From Alphaproteobacteria bacterium (GTDB lineage Bacteria > Pseudomonadota > Alphaproteobacteria > DSM-16000 > Inquilinaceae), in NCBI GenBank assembly GCA_028281265.1, contig JANQKE010000089.1, positions 2,249 through 66,248 of the forward strand: 64,000 nt of DNA, written 5' to 3'. Below are positions 1-13,640 of this stretch, piece after piece. The notes beneath the pieces are model-generated. The model did not search any database and had not been told where the DNA came from. It worked only from the letters and a program-made list of their open reading frames with translations. Position 1 is the stretch's first letter. Each line of letters opens with the position of its first letter. Position numbers and translations under genes: made by a program.

Positions 1-369
1 CGTCTCGACCGGCTCCGCCCGGTAGGCGATCGACAGGCCCGATCGCTCGGCATGGCCGCGCGCGACCGCGATCGCCGGTGCGCTGGCGTCGATGCCGGTG
101 ACCCGGCCACCCATCCGGGCCAGCGGCTCGGACAGCAGGCCCCCGCCACAGCCGACATCGAGGACGGTGTACCCGGCCAGCGCCGCCGCGCCGTCCGCAT
201 CGCCGCCGAAGGCCGAAACGGCGCGGTCGCGGATGAAGGCCAGCCGGGTCGGGTTCATCGCGTGCAGCGGCCGGGCCGCCCCATGCGGGTCCCACCAGGT
301 GGCCGCCATCTCGGAGAACCGGTCGATCTCCGCCGGATCGACGGTCGAGGTGGCGGCGGATGCGGCCAT
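1..369 (-). CDS. ubiG: 3-demethylubiquinone-9 3-O-methyltransferase (UbiG), N-terminal 123 codons; gene runs off the window start
   Basis: Manual minus-strand translation from ATG at 369: MAASAATSTVDPAEIDRFSEMAATWWDPHGAARPLHAMNPTRLAFIRDR...VLDVGCGGGLLSEPLARMGGRVTGIDAS. It has the UbiG-type N-terminus and a SAM-binding glycine motif. The gene is divergent from lysC, as is usual in alphaproteobacteria. Confidence 0.85.
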   Translation of the reverse strand, partial: MAASAATSTVDPAEIDRFSEMAATWWDPHGAARPLHAMNPTRLAFIRDRAVSAFGGDADGAAALAGYTVLDVGCGGGLLSEPLARMGGRVTGIDASAPAIAVARGHAERSGLSIAYRAEPVET

Positions 370-576
370 CGGGATTGTCCTCGGCTCGGTTGCAACGGTG
401 TCGGGGGGTCAGTATGGGTACCGACTTGCCGCACCGCAACGGGCCCGAACGACCCGGCGCCGGCTGCCGCGCCCGGATCGCCCGTCGACCGCGGCACGGG
501 CCGGGTGCCACAGGGCCGCATGCGGACCGGCGCCCGACTTCGCGTTTCCGCATTCCGTCATCCGCGTATTCCGACC

Positions 577-1803
577 ATGGCCCGCATCGTCCAGAAGTTC
601 GGCGGCACGTCCGTCGGTACGATCGACCGCATCCACACCGTGGCCGGGCGGGTGCGGGCCGAGATCGACCGCGGCAACGAGGTCGCGGTCGTGGTCTCCG
701 CCATGTCCGGGGAGACCAACCGGCTGGTGGAGCTGTGTACCCGGGCCTCCCCGGTCTACGATGCCCGCGAATACGATACGATCGTCGCCGCCGGCGAGCA
801 GGTCTCGGCCGGACTGCTGGCGATCGTGCTCCAGAGCATGGGGATCCAGGCCCGCTCGTGGCTGGGCTGGCAGGTGCCGGTGCGCACCGAGGACCATCAC
901 GGCAAGGCCCGGATCCGCGAGATCGACACCCGGGAGTTGCTCACGCGCATGGCCCAGCGGGAGGTTCCGGTGATCGCCGGCTTCCAGGGGGTCACCGATC
1001 GGGCGCGGATCTCGACCCTCGGCCGCGGGGGATCCGATACCTCCGCGGTCGCCATGGCGGCCGCCCTGCAGGCCGAACGCTGTGACATCTACACCGACGT
1101 CGACGGCGTCTACACCACCGACCCCCGCATCGTCCGCAAGGCCCGCAAGCTCGACCGCATCACCTATGAGGAGATGCTCGAGATGGCCTCGCTGGGGGCG
1201 AAGGTGCTGCAGACCCGCTCGGTCGAGATGGCCATGAAGCACGGCGTGCGGGTACAAGTTCTGTCCAGTTTCGAAGACCGGCCCGGCACGCTGGTCGTGG
1301 GTGAGGATGAGATCGTGGAACAGGAAGTCGTCAGCGGCATCGCCTACAGCCGGGACGAAGCCAAGATCACCCTGGTCAAGGTCCCCGACCAGCCGGGCGT
1401 CGCGGCCCGCGTGTTCGGCCCCTTGGCCGACCGCGGCATCAATGTCGACATGATCGTCCAGAACATCGCCGCCGACCATCCCGGGGCGACGGACCTGACC
1501 TTCACCGTCGGCCGGTCCGATCTCGACCGCGCGGTCCAGGTGATCGGTTCGCTGAAGGATCAGCTCAACTATCAGCACCTGGTGCCCGACGGCTCGGTGG
1601 TGAAGGTGTCGGTCATCGGGGTCGGGATGCGCAGCCAGTTCGGCGTGGCGCAGAAGATGTTCTCCACCTTGGCGGAGAACGGCATCAACATCCAGGTCAT
1701 CTCGACCTCCGAAATCAAGATCAGTGTGCTCATTGCCGAGCGGTACACCGAGTTGGCCCTGCGTGCGCTGCACACGGCCTACGGCCTGGACGCATCGGGA
1801 TGA
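577..1803 (+). CDS. lysC: aspartate kinase
   Basis: In-frame ATG at 577 inside ORF 52..1803. [14 protein letters not shown] kinase N-terminus, and a C-terminal ACT-domain region ([23 protein letters not shown]...). The upstream part of the ORF is Arg/Gly/Pro-rich junk. Confidence 0.95.
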   Translation: MARIVQKFGGTSVGTIDRIHTVAGRVRAEIDRGNEVAVVVSAMSGETNRLVELCTRASPVYDAREYDTIVAAGEQVSAGLLAIVLQSMGIQARSWLGWQVPVRTEDHHGKARIREIDTRELLTRMAQREVPVIAGFQGVTDRARISTLGRGGSDTSAVAMAAALQAERCDIYTDVDGVYTTDPRIVRKARKLDRITYEEMLEMASLGAKVLQTRSVEMAMKHGVRVQVLSSFEDRPGTLVVGEDEIVEQEVVSGIAYSRDEAKITLVKVPDQPGVAARVFGPLADRGINVDMIVQNIAADHPGATDLTFTVGRSDLDRAVQVIGSLKDQLNYQHLVPDGSVVKVSVIGVGMRSQFGVAQKMFSTLAENGINIQVISTSEIKISVLIAERYTELALRALHTAYGLDASG

Positions 1804-4121
1804 CACGGCGGACGGGCGTCTCCCCGTCCGATCCGCTGGGCGGTCGTCGCCCCGGACCGGTCGGGCTGAGCCCGCAGCGCCGGCTGCTGCACAGCCTGCG
1901 GGGGGTCATGGCCGGCAGCGGGCCGGTGCAGGCCCGACTCGACCGGATCGTGCAGATCGTCGCCGCCCAGATGGTGACGGAGGTGTGCTCCTGCTACGTC
2001 GCGCGGCCGGGCGAGGTGCTGGAGCTGTTCGCCACCGTCGGCCTGAAGCCGGAGGCCGTGCACCGCACCCGGCTTGCCGTCGGCGAGGGGCTGGTCGGCC
2101 AGGTCGCCCAGCGCGGGGTGCCGATCGCACTGGCCAATGCGCCGGCCGATCCGCATTTCGCCTATCGGCCGGAAACCGGCGAGGACCCCTATCAGTCCTT
2201 CCTGGGCACGCCGATCATCCGGGACGGCAAGGTGCGCGGTGTCCTGGTGGTGCAGAACCGCACCCGCCGCACCTACCACGAAGAGGAGATCGAAAGCCTT
2301 CAGACGATCGCGATGGTGATTGCGGAGCTGTTGGCCGGCCAGCCGTTCGGAGCGGAGTTCGAAACCGCCCCCGCCGCCGCCCAAGGCGGCCTTCCCAACC
2401 GGCTGGAGGGCATGGTCTTTGCCACCGGCATGGGGCGGGGACTCGCGGTCCTGCACCGGCCGCATGTCGCGATGCGGGAGATCGTCGGCGGCGACCCGCA
2501 GGAAGAGCGCGCGCGTCTCGATGACGCGCTGCTGGCGTTGTACAGTTCCCTGGACAGCCTGCTCGATGCCAGCGATCCGGCTTCCTCCCACGAGCGGCGC
2601 GAGATCCTGGAGACCTACCGGATGATCGCCGAGGACCGGGGCTGGCTGCGCCGGATCCGTGACGCGATCGATACCGGTCTGTCGGCCGAGGCGGCCGTCC
2701 AACGGGTCCAGAACGACCTGGCCGCCCGACTGGCCCCCATCACCGACGCCTATCTGAAGGAACGGCTGCAGGACTTCCGGGACCTCACCAACCGGCTGCT
2801 GCTGCACCTCGCCGGCAAGACCTCGGCGGCGGCGGCCGGCACGCTGCCCGACGACGTGGTGCTGGTGGCACGCTCGATCGGTCCGGCGGAACTGCTGGAC
2901 TATGACGAGCGCAAGCTGCGGGCCGTGGTGCTCGAAGAGGGCTCGCCCTCCAGCCACGTCGCGATCGTCGCCCGCACGCTCGACATCCCGGTGATCGGCC
3001 GCTGCCCCGGGGCGATGGACGAGATCGAGCCATTCGATCCCGTCATCGTCGACGGCGAGAACGGACAGGTCTTCGTCCGGCCGGCCGAAGACGTGATCGA
3101 CGCGTTCGAGCAGAACCGGTCCGCCCGGTTCCGCCGCCGCGCCCAGCACCAGGAGCAGGCGCATCAGCCCGCCCTGACGCGGGACGGCGTGCGGGTGTCC
3201 ATCAACATCAACGCCGGTCTGCTCCTGGACGTCCCGCAGCTCTTCAGCACCCAGGCCGACGGCATCGGGCTCTACCGCACCGAGATCCCCTTCATGGTGC
3301 GGTCCGCCTACCCGGATGTGCACGCCCAGACGGATCTGTACGCCCGGATCTACCAGCAGGCCGCCGGACGGCCGGTCGTGTTCCGCACGCTCGATATCGG
3401 TGGGGACAAGACGCTGCCCTACATGCCGATCGACCGGGAACAGGCGAACCCGGCCCTGGGATGGCGGGCGATCCGGATCGGCCTGGATCGGCCGCGCATG
3501 CTCCGCATCCAGCTCCGCGCCCTGATCCGGGCGTGCAACGGCCGCCGGCTGGACGTGATGTTCCCGATGATCGCCACTGTCGAAGAATGGCGCCGGGCTA
3601 TGGCCCTGCTCCGTCTCGAACTCGACCGTGCGCGGGACGAGGCGGTGCCGCCCCCGCGGGTCCTGCGGTGCGGCGTGATGGTGGAGGTGCCGTCGCTGCT
3701 GTTCGATCTCGATCGGCTCGCGGCCGAGACGGATTTCCTGGCGATCGGCTCGAACGATCTGGCCCAGTACGTGTTCGCCGCCGCCCGCGACCATCCGGAC
3801 CTGTCGGTCCGCTACGACCCGCTGTCGCCGCCGTTCCTGCGGATCGTCCGCCAGATCGTCGAGGTCGGCGAACGGCACGGCACCGATGTCTCGGTATGTG
3901 GAGAGATGGCCGGCCGGCCGCTCGATTCGATCGGTCTGGTGGCGATCGGCGTCCGCAATCTGTCCATGACGCCGCTGGCCACCGGGCCGGTGAAGGCCGC
4001 CATCCGCTCCCTCGACATCGGGCGAACAAGGGCCTATCTCCTTCAGCTATTGGAAAGCCGAGATGGTAGTCTGCGGCTCGCTTTGCACGCCTTTGCCCGC
4101 GACCATGGGATGGAGATCTGA
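1800..4121 (+). CDS. ptsP: phosphoenolpyruvate-protein phosphotransferase PtsP (EI-Ntr; N-terminal GAF domain)
   Basis: 773 aa. GAF-like N-terminus (VCSCYVARPGE...GEGLVGQVA...GVLVVQNR) followed by PEP-utilising enzyme domains (GSPSSHVAIVARTLDIPVI, GIGLYRTEIPFM, GSNDLAQY). The start overlaps the lysC stop (ATGA). Confidence 0.9.
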   Translation: MTRRTGVSPSDPLGGRRPGPVGLSPQRRLLHSLRGVMAGSGPVQARLDRIVQIVAAQMVTEVCSCYVARPGEVLELFATVGLKPEAVHRTRLAVGEGLVGQVAQRGVPIALANAPADPHFAYRPETGEDPYQSFLGTPIIRDGKVRGVLVVQNRTRRTYHEEEIESLQTIAMVIAELLAGQPFGAEFETAPAAAQGGLPNRLEGMVFATGMGRGLAVLHRPHVAMREIVGGDPQEERARLDDALLALYSSLDSLLDASDPASSHERREILETYRMIAEDRGWLRRIRDAIDTGLSAEAAVQRVQNDLAARLAPITDAYLKERLQDFRDLTNRLLLHLAGKTSAAAAGTLPDDVVLVARSIGPAELLDYDERKLRAVVLEEGSPSSHVAIVARTLDIPVIGRCPGAMDEIEPFDPVIVDGENGQVFVRPAEDVIDAFEQNRSARFRRRAQHQEQAHQPALTRDGVRVSININAGLLLDVPQLFSTQADGIGLYRTEIPFMVRSAYPDVHAQTDLYARIYQQAAGRPVVFRTLDIGGDKTLPYMPIDREQANPALGWRAIRIGLDRPRMLRIQLRALIRACNGRRLDVMFPMIATVEEWRRAMALLRLELDRARDEAVPPPRVLRCGVMVEVPSLLFDLDRLAAETDFLAIGSNDLAQYVFAAARDHPDLSVRYDPLSPPFLRIVRQIVEVGERHGTDVSVCGEMAGRPLDSIGLVAIGVRNLSMTPLATGPVKAAIRSLDIGRTRAYLLQLLESRDGSLRLALHAFARDHGMEI

Positions 4122-4275
4122 GTCTCTATAGGTGTCGCAACCGGGTATTGTGCATTGCATCGTCGCCGCAGACGGTCACAATGGCACGCCTGCCTTGGTT
4201 TGGGCACGCTACTGTCGTCCACTCGTTCCAGCCGGCGGCCCGGCCGATCGCAGCTTCAGGGATACGGCACTCGGT

Positions 4276-5430
4276 ATGGCACATAGCACGCGGCACGTTC
4301 TGAGCGTGATCGAGGAAGACGCGGCAACCGCCGACCGCGCCGCCTCGGGGTCCGACGTTCGTCAGGAACAGGCCGGCCCGATCGGCTCGGTCGGTGCGAT
4401 GCTGCGGGAAGGTCGACGCCGCCACGGCCTGGATATCGAGACCGTGTCGGAAGCGTTACGCATCCGCAAGGCACATCTGGCGGCGATCGAGGAAGGCCGG
4501 TTCGACGATCTGCCGGGCACGGTCTACGCGATCGGCTTCGTGCGCACCTATGCCGAGTTCCTCGACCTGGACGCGGGCTATCTGGTCGATCTCTACAAGG
4601 ACGAAGCCGCCCGTATCGGTCCGACCCAGGCGCTCAACTTCCCCGCCCCGGTGCCGGAGAACCGCCTGCCGGTCGGTGCCATAGCCCTGATCTCCCTGCT
4701 GCTGCTGGCGGTCGGATACGGGGGCTGGCTGTATGCCACCTCGGGCGACAGCGATGTCGCCACCCTGGTGCCGGAGCTGTCCGAGCGGATCACCGAGCTG
4801 GTGGCGACCGACCCGGCAGCCGAACCGGGATCGCCGGGGGCGCTCCCGGCACCGCCGATGGTCGACGCGGCCCGCATGGCAGACGACGACCGCACTCCCG
4901 GCACCGAGCCGCCATCGGCTGCGGACCCGCTGCCCGGTCTGCCGGCCCTGGAGGAGGGCGCGCCCCAAGCCCCCGGGCCGGTGCCGCCGCAGACGGCGGC
5001 CCTGGCCGCGCGCGATCCGGCGCCGAGCGATGCCGCGGCGCCGGCCGTGACCACTCCCTCCGCCGATCAGGCCGCCCCGCCGAGTGCGCGGGTCGAGCCT
5101 TCCCAGGCCCTGGCAGCCGCCCCGCCGGTTCCCCCTTCGGTGGACGGCACCGGCACTGCAGCACTATCCGAGGCGCGCGTCGTGCTTCGGGCGACGGCCG
5201 ATAGCTGGGTCCAGATCCGCGATGGCAACGGCGATCTGGTCATGACCCGGGTCATGCGGCCGGGGGAGGAGTATGTCCTGCCCGACGGGCTGCCCGAGGG
5301 CGTGACCATGGTGACCGGCAATGCCGGTGGGCTCGGCGTCCTGCTCGACGGCCGCTTGCTTCCCCCCCTGGGCGACGATGGCGAGGTGATCCGGAACATC
5401 TCGCTCGACATTGCCGATCTCGCGCGCTGA
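4276..5430 (+). CDS. rodZ: RodZ-like cytoskeleton protein (HTH, TM segment, Pro/Ala-rich linker, DUF4115-like C-terminus)
   Basis: LREGRRRHGLDIETVSEALRIRKAHLAAIEEGRFDDLPGTVYAIGFVRTYAEFL, then a hydrophobic segment IALISLLLLAVGYGGWLY, then a Pro-rich region. It lies immediately upstream of ispG, the classical rodZ-ispG arrangement. The start is uncertain (4132, 4276 or later). Confidence 0.7.
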   Translation: MAHSTRHVLSVIEEDAATADRAASGSDVRQEQAGPIGSVGAMLREGRRRHGLDIETVSEALRIRKAHLAAIEEGRFDDLPGTVYAIGFVRTYAEFLDLDAGYLVDLYKDEAARIGPTQALNFPAPVPENRLPVGAIALISLLLLAVGYGGWLYATSGDSDVATLVPELSERITELVATDPAAEPGSPGALPAPPMVDAARMADDDRTPGTEPPSAADPLPGLPALEEGAPQAPGPVPPQTAALAARDPAPSDAAAPAVTTPSADQAAPPSARVEPSQALAAAPPVPPSVDGTGTAALSEARVVLRATADSWVQIRDGNGDLVMTRVMRPGEEYVLPDGLPEGVTMVTGNAGGLGVLLDGRLLPPLGDDGEVIRNISLDIADLAR

Positions 5431-5620
5431 TCTCCGACCGTCCGGCCGGTCTCCGCCCCGGGCGGGGATCACGGTTCGCTCGCCGCCGTTTGACCGGGGT
5501 CAAGACCTATATCCGCGACAGGGACGCCGGTGGCGACCGCCGTTTCACTGGTTTATACTCTCGTCCCAAAGCTCCCGAGCCTCTCGCAACCCGACGCGCA
5601 AGAGCGCGTGAGGAGCGGCC

Positions 5621-6772
5621 TTGACCGACCCCAACTCCGTCCGCCCGTACCGCCAGATCCACCGCCGCCCCTGCCGGCAGATCCATGTCGGCAAGGTGCC
5701 CGTCGGCGGCGACGCGCCGATCACCGTCCAGTCGATGACCAACACCCCGACAACGGATGTCGAGGCGACCGTCGCCCAGATCCGGGCGCTGGAGATCGCC
5801 GGCGCGGACATCGTGCGGGTGTCCTGTCCGGACGAGGACTCCTCGGCCGCCCTGAAGGACATCGTCAAGGAGGTGACCGTCCCGATCGTCGCCGACATCC
5901 ACTTCCACTACCGCCGGGCGATCGAGGCGGCGCGGAACGGTGCGGCGTGCCTGCGCATCAATCCGGGCAATATCGGCTCCGAAGCGCGGGTTCGGGAGGT
6001 CGTCCGGGCCGCCAAGGACCATGGCTGCTCGATCCGGATCGGGGTGAACGCCGGCTCGCTGGAGCGGGACCTGCTGGAGAAGTACGGGGAGCCCTGCCCC
6101 GAGGCGATGGTCGAGAGTGCGCTGAACCATATCCGCATCCTCGAAGACCACGATTTCTTCGAAACCAAGATCTCCTGCAAAGCCTCGGACGTGTTCCTGA
6201 CCGTCGCGGCCTATCAGCAGCTCGCCGACGCCTGCGACTACCCCTTGCATATCGGCGTGACCGAGGCCGGCGGGATGATCCCCGGCACGGTCAAATCCTC
6301 GATCGGGCTGGGCATGCTGCTGTGGTCGGGGATCGGCGACACGGTCCGGGTGTCCCTGTCGGCCGATCCGGTGGAGGAGATCCGGGTCGGCTTCGAGATG
6401 CTCAAGACCCTGGGCCTGCGCCGGCGCGGGGTGACCGTGATCTCCTGCCCGTCCTGCGCCCGGCAGCAGTTCGACGTCATCCCGACCGTCCAGCGGCTGG
6501 AGGAGCGGCTGGCCCACATCACGGTGCCGATGACGGTCTCGGTGATCGGCTGTGTGGTCAACGGCCCCGGCGAGGCGCTGATGACCGATATCGGCCTGAC
6601 CGGCGGCGGCAACGGCACCCATCAGATCTATGTCGGCGGGCTGAAGGACCACCGCCTGCAGGACCAGGACATCGTCGACCATCTGGTCGAGATGATCGAA
6701 GCCAAGGCCGAGGAGATCAAAGCCCGTGAGGCGGCCGAGGCGGCGGAACAGAGCGCGGTCGCGGCCGAGTAG
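5621..6772 (+). CDS. ispG: 4-hydroxy-3-methylbut-2-en-1-yl diphosphate synthase (IspG/GcpE)
   Basis: 383 aa with a TTG start. [28 protein letters not shown]..., CPSCARQ and GCVVNGPGE cluster-binding motifs. Confidence 0.95.
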   Translation: MTDPNSVRPYRQIHRRPCRQIHVGKVPVGGDAPITVQSMTNTPTTDVEATVAQIRALEIAGADIVRVSCPDEDSSAALKDIVKEVTVPIVADIHFHYRRAIEAARNGAACLRINPGNIGSEARVREVVRAAKDHGCSIRIGVNAGSLERDLLEKYGEPCPEAMVESALNHIRILEDHDFFETKISCKASDVFLTVAAYQQLADACDYPLHIGVTEAGGMIPGTVKSSIGLGMLLWSGIGDTVRVSLSADPVEEIRVGFEMLKTLGLRRRGVTVISCPSCARQQFDVIPTVQRLEERLAHITVPMTVSVIGCVVNGPGEALMTDIGLTGGGNGTHQIYVGGLKDHRLQDQDIVDHLVEMIEAKAEEIKAREAAEAAEQSAVAAE

Positions 6773-6923
6773 AGTAGCCCGGGGCACCCGCCGTCGAGCG
6801 GTGCCCGCCCCTGGGGAACCCGCGGGCGGCCCCGGCGATGGACTGGGATCGGTCCCGAAGACGGGGCAGAGCCGCTCAGCAACAGTCTGCGCGTCGCTGA
6901 GCGGCCGCTGTGAATCACGCCAT

Positions 6924-6947
6924 GATCGTCGGCCGCGGCCGACGATC
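6924..6947 (-). terminator. perfect 24-nt palindrome just downstream of the clpB stop
   Basis: GATCGTCGGCCGCGGCCGACGATC, 4 nt after the clpB stop codon. No clear U-tract follows. Confidence 0.4.
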
Positions 6948-6950
6948 GCT

Positions 6951-9560
<2,610 letters not shown>

Positions 9561-9714
9561 GGACGGTCCTTTGCGATCTCCGGATGTGGACGATCGGTCT
9601 CCCCCGCGCAGGACCGGTTGATGAGGGGGATTGGCCCTCGATCGCAGGCGCCATCCCGGCTCAACGGCCCCGCCCGGCCCCGCCAGCGGCGACCAGGGAG
9701 AAACCTGCACGGCG

Positions 9715-9743
9715 ATATGGGAACGGTGCGTGTGTTGCGGAAG
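9715..9743 (-). promoter_or_regulatory. possible RpoH (sigma32)-type heat-shock promoter of clpB
   Basis: Minus-strand reading CTTCCG-N16-CCCATAT, ~155 nt upstream of the clpB ATG. It resembles CTTG-N16-18-CYTATNT only loosely. Confidence 0.3.
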
Positions 9744-9796
9744 TCCCGGCCCGGACGATTGATCCCGCTCAAGCGGAACCGGGAGGAACTGAAAGC

Positions 9797-11836
9797 CTAG
9801 AACGGCGATGCCCCGGTCGGTGTGATCAGCCCGGGCGGCAGCCAGGGATTGGCGGTCGGGGAAGAGAGCGGGGCCGGCGCGACCACCTCGGGCTGTGGCG
9901 GCGCCATCAGCAAGGCCGGGGCGGTGGTCAGAGCCGCAGGGGCCGGCGGCCGCGCGATCTCGTGCTCGAACCCGTTGTCCTCGACGCCGTAGACCAGGGT
10001 GCCCGCCACGGTGATCCGCACACCGTCTCCGGCCAGCCGGATCGGTCCGTAGACGACCCCGCCCTCGCGGATGTCGACCCGGCCGCCGGCTCCGACCGCC
10101 ACGGGTCCGTTGACCGTGCCGGAGACCGACAGCACACCGCCGGTCGGGACATCCACGATGCCGAATACCGAGCCACCCGCAGCGACCGTCATCATGCCGG
10201 CGCCCGGCGTGCCCCGACCCCCCGCCGGCGCCAGCGCCCGGGCCCCGTGGCCGATGGCGGTGACCGACCCGCTCACCGTCACCGCCCCGGCATCGATGGC
10301 GACCGCGATCGCGGCGTCGCCGACGACCTCCACGGCCGCCCCCTGGGCAATCGTCAGGCTGCCGCTCTCCAGGGCGATGCCGACGGCCTGGTCCCGATAG
10401 GCGAGCACGCTCGGAACCGGGGACGCTCCCTCGCGGCTGCCCGGCCAGGCATTGCCGGACGGCTCGATCACCGTCGTCCCGCTGGCCGCGACTTGCGTCT
10501 CGAACGTGCCGCGGCACCGGGTCTCGCTCCCGGCCGTCTCGCACGCGCCGGGAATGCGGTCGGCCGGATCGGGCAACAGCAGGGCCCGTTCCAGGGCGAA
10601 GGCCCCCGCCATCGGATCGGAGGGCCGGGTGCCGGGATCGGCCCGGTTGGCGACGAAGGTGTTGAAGTTGAGCACCGAGAAGTGGCCGTCGCCCCCATGC
10701 TGGAACATCACCGTCTGATAGCCGCTGATCGTGCCGCCATGCCCCAGCAGGGTCGCCCCGGTGTTGGGGCTGACCACGCGATAGATCCCCAGCCCATAGC
10801 CGGCCGGCGTGCCGGACACCTCGCCCGCGTCGATGGTGGTCAGGCGCAGCCGCTCCTGGAAGGTCGCATCGCTCAGCAGCCCGGTGTCGTTGGTGGTCAG
10901 GTCCACCACCCAGCGCAGCTGGTCGGCCGGCACCGACAGCATCGCCCCGGCCGAGCCCGGCACGGACGGGTCGATACGGCTGAACGAGGCGACGGTGCCG
11001 GACCACAGCACACCGCGATCGAGCCAGGTGCCGTCGCTGAACGGCTGGCTCGGATCGAGGCCGGTGGGCAGCAGCGTGCCGGAAAGGGCGAGCGGCCCGG
11101 TGACCACGTCCGCGACCAGCTCGTCGATACCCCGGCAGCCGCCGGGCGCCGAACAACTGACCGTCTCGGCAACCAGGCCGAGCAGCACGAAATTGGTGTT
11201 GGAGTAGAAGAACGCGTCCGGATCGCCCGGTGTGCCGGTGGGTCCGAAGGGCAGCGTGCTCGCGACCAGCGTCTGGGGGGACCGCGCGAGCAGGCCGTTG
11301 CGGCTGTTCCACAGCTCGATGGTGGACCGGTCGGACTGCTCGGTGTCCGGAACGCTGAGATAGTCGGCCAGCCCGCTGCGCATCGACAGCAGGTGCTCGA
11401 TCGTGATCTCCCGGTGCCAGTCCTGCAGCGTCCAGCCCGGGTCCGACACCAGGTCGAACACCCGGTCGTCCAGGCCGACGAGCCCCTGATCCACCTGGTG
11501 CAGGACCACCGTGGCGACGTAGGTCTTGGTCTGGCTGCCGATGCGCACCTGATCGGTGGGCGCCAGGACACGACCGGTCTGCGAGGCGAAGTTGGGCCCC
11601 GCACTGCCGGTCGCCAGCACCTCGTCGCTGCCGTCGGTCAGGCGGACCGCGTGGGTGGCCCCGAACACGCCCATCCCTGCGGCCACGCTCTCCAGCGTGT
11701 GGGCGAGACGGGCTTCAACCTCCGCCGGCAGATCGGCCCGGGCGCCGGCCGGCGCCGAGATCGCGGCGACGGCCGTAACGGCGATCAGCCGGCGTAACAC
11801 GCCCCTCGCGTGCCGGCATCGTGATCGGCACATCAT
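9797..11836 (-). CDS. secreted serine hydrolase (beta-lactamase/DD-peptidase fold) fused to a Gly/Val-rich beta-helix-like repeat region and a Pro-rich tail
   Basis: Signal-like N-terminus ([34 protein letters not shown]) and an S-x-x-K motif in [14 protein letters not shown]. The C-terminal ~200 aa are repeats ([29 protein letters not shown]...[30 protein letters not shown]), followed by PPAPAAL...[12 protein letters not shown]. Confidence 0.75.
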   Translation of the reverse strand: MMCRSRCRHARGVLRRLIAVTAVAAISAPAGARADLPAEVEARLAHTLESVAAGMGVFGATHAVRLTDGSDEVLATGSAGPNFASQTGRVLAPTDQVRIGSQTKTYVATVVLHQVDQGLVGLDDRVFDLVSDPGWTLQDWHREITIEHLLSMRSGLADYLSVPDTEQSDRSTIELWNSRNGLLARSPQTLVASTLPFGPTGTPGDPDAFFYSNTNFVLLGLVAETVSCSAPGGCRGIDELVADVVTGPLALSGTLLPTGLDPSQPFSDGTWLDRGVLWSGTVASFSRIDPSVPGSAGAMLSVPADQLRWVVDLTTNDTGLLSDATFQERLRLTTIDAGEVSGTPAGYGLGIYRVVSPNTGATLLGHGGTISGYQTVMFQHGGDGHFSVLNFNTFVANRADPGTRPSDPMAGAFALERALLLPDPADRIPGACETAGSETRCRGTFETQVAASGTTVIEPSGNAWPGSREGASPVPSVLAYRDQAVGIALESGSLTIAQGAAVEVVGDAAIAVAIDAGAVTVSGSVTAIGHGARALAPAGGRGTPGAGMMTVAAGGSVFGIVDVPTGGVLSVSGTVNGPVAVGAGGRVDIREGGVVYGPIRLAGDGVRITVAGTLVYGVEDNGFEHEIARPPAPAALTTAPALLMAPPQPEVVAPAPLSSPTANPWLPPGLITPTGASPF

Positions 11837-11997
11837 ATCCGGCGGCTCCGCGGCGGTTCGGCGCGACAACGGCTCCGACCATAGATCCTTACTATGTAAA
11901 ATCATAAGATGAACTCAATTAATGCGACAGGCGCCGATCCGGTGACCGGCCGCCCCGTATCCTGCGCTCGATCAATCGCGCCATGGCCCCGGTCGGG

Positions 11998-12020
11998 CTA
12001 TAGCGGTTTCAGGGACCGCC
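11998..12020 (+). repeat. solo terminal-repeat-like sequence of family A
   Basis: CTATAGCGGTTTCAGGGACCGCC matches the reverse complement of the copy 1 right end (CTAGAGCGGTTTCAGGGATTTCC) at 18 of the first 19 nt. It lies 34 nt upstream of the MFS gene start. Confidence 0.55.
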
Positions 12021-12053
12021 GACACCCGCTCCGTCCCGACGGACCTCCAGCCC

Positions 12054-13640
12054 ATGGCCGATGGACCCAGCACCACCGCCGCGGTCGCCGAACCGGCTGC
12101 CCTGTCGCCGGTCGACGATGCGAAGACCGCGCGGGCGGTGCTCCTGGCCACGATCCTGGCGTCGGCCATGGTGTTCATCGACGGGGCGGTGGTGAACCTG
12201 GCGCTGCCCTCGCTGCAGGCGGAGTTCGACGCCCAGTTCGCCGGGCTGCAATGGGTGGTCGAGAGCTATCTCATTGCGCTGACGGCGCTCGTCATGATCG
12301 GCGGGGCTTTGGGGGACCGGTTCGGCCGGCGCCGGGTGTTCGCGATCGGGACGGCCGTGTTCGCGCTGGCCTCCTTGTGGTGCGGCCTGGCGACATCGCT
12401 CGACATGCTGCTGGCCGCCCGTGTCCTGCAAGGCGTGGGCGGGGCGCTGCTGGTGCCCGGCAGCCTGGCGATCATCACGAGCTGTTTCGAGCCGGGCCGG
12501 CGCGGCAAGGCGATCGGCACCTGGTCCGCCTTCTCCGCGATCGCCACGGCGGCGGCACCGCTGATCGGCGGGGCGATGGTGGAAACCGGGGGCTGGCGCT
12601 GGATCTTCTTCATCAACCTGCCGCCGGCAGCGCTGGTGCTGTGGCTGTCGCTGCGCATGATCCCCGAAAGCCGGGATGAGGAAGGGGCCAAGCGTCTCGA
12701 CTGGCCCGGTGCGGCGCTGGCGGCCCTGGGCCTCGGCGCCCTGGTGTTCGGGATGATCGAAGGCGGCCGGCTGGGCTTCGACCATCTCTTGGCCTGGCTG
12801 CCGATGACGGTGGGCGCGCTGGCCCTGGCCGGCTTCCTGTGGGTCGAGCGGATCAGCCCCGGGCCGATGATGCCGCTGAGCCTCTACAGGCAGCGGGCGT
12901 TCGCAGCAGCCTGCGGGATGACCGTGCTGCTCTATGGCGGGATGAGCGGCATCCTGTTCTTCCTGCCGCTGCACCTGATGCAGGTGGTCGGCTACGGCCC
13001 GACGATGGCCGGCCTTGCGCTGATCCCCTTCGCCCTGCTGATCGGCGCCCTGTCGCGCAGCTCCGGCGGACTGGTCGACCGGTACGGGGCCCGGCTGCCG
13101 CTGACGATCGGTCCGGTCACCGCCAGTATCGGCATCCTGGCGATGGCCGTGCCGGGGACGGCGGGCCCCTATTGGGCGACCTTCCTGCCGGGCGTCGCGA
13201 TCCTGGGTGTCGGCATGGGCCTGTCGGTGGCCCCCCTGACCACGGCGGTGATGAATGCGGCACCGCCGGGCAAGTCGGGGCTCGCCAGCGGGATCAGCAA
13301 CGCGCTCAGCCGGCTCGGCACGATGCTGGCGGTCGCGATCCTCGGGGCCATCGCGGCCTCCCTGTTCGTGCCCGCCCTGGCCGACGCACTGACCGATCGC
13401 GGCTTCGATGCGGAGGCCCTGATGGCGGCGCTGGGGCCCGAGGTTCTGAAGATGGCGGGCCTGGGACCCCCGACCGGCCTCGGTCCGGCAGAGGCGGCCC
13501 GGTTCGCCGAGGCGGTCGACCGCGCGGCACTGCACGCGTTCCGGGGCGTCTGCGCCGCCGCCGGGGCGATGTGCATCGCCGCCGGCCTGCTCGCGGCCAT
13601 CGGCCTGGGTCCGAAGGGCACCAACCGCTACGCAAGTTAG
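12054..13640 (+). CDS. MFS transporter, DHA2 (EmrB/QacA-like) drug:H+ antiporter family
   Basis: 528 aa, hydrophobic throughout. MFS motif GALGDRFGRRRVF, and an N-terminus FIDGAVVNLALPSLQAEF typical of 14-TM DHA2 members. Confidence 0.85.
   Translation: MADGPSTTAAVAEPAALSPVDDAKTARAVLLATILASAMVFIDGAVVNLALPSLQAEFDAQFAGLQWVVESYLIALTALVMIGGALGDRFGRRRVFAIGTAVFALASLWCGLATSLDMLLAARVLQGVGGALLVPGSLAIITSCFEPGRRGKAIGTWSAFSAIATAAAPLIGGAMVETGGWRWIFFINLPPAALVLWLSLRMIPESRDEEGAKRLDWPGAALAALGLGALVFGMIEGGRLGFDHLLAWLPMTVGALALAGFLWVERISPGPMMPLSLYRQRAFAAACGMTVLLYGGMSGILFFLPLHLMQVVGYGPTMAGLALIPFALLIGALSRSSGGLVDRYGARLPLTIGPVTASIGILAMAVPGTAGPYWATFLPGVAILGVGMGLSVAPLTTAVMNAAPPGKSGLASGISNALSRLGTMLAVAILGAIAASLFVPALADALTDRGFDAEALMAALGPEVLKMAGLGPPTGLGPAEAARFAEAVDRAALHAFRGVCAAAGAMCIAAGLLAAIGLGPKGTNRYAS

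Noticed and set aside
1779-3878. 699-aa minus-strand ORF antisense to ptsP. Similar long antisense or out-of-frame ORFs include 409..1806, 5507..6787, 6726..8270, 8472..9800, 9584..11797, 12009..13865 and 16087..18522.
   Set aside because: These are typical high-GC artefacts with extreme Arg/Gly/Pro/His/Asp composition and no recognisable domains. Each overlaps a gene on the other strand that has clear family motifs.
4251-4270. Partial resemblance (TTCAGGGATACGG) to the family A terminal repeat upstream of or inside the rodZ-like gene
   Set aside because: The match is only ~13 nt with indels, lacks the CTAGAGCG outer bases, and lies in a plausible coding or leader region. It is most likely chance.
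9561-11312. N-terminal 580-aa extension of the ORF containing clpB (ORF 6951..11312)
   Set aside because: The extension is Arg/Gly/Pro/Asp-rich low-complexity sequence lying antisense to the credible serine hydrolase gene. ClpB starts cleanly at the conserved MEFDKYT at 9560.
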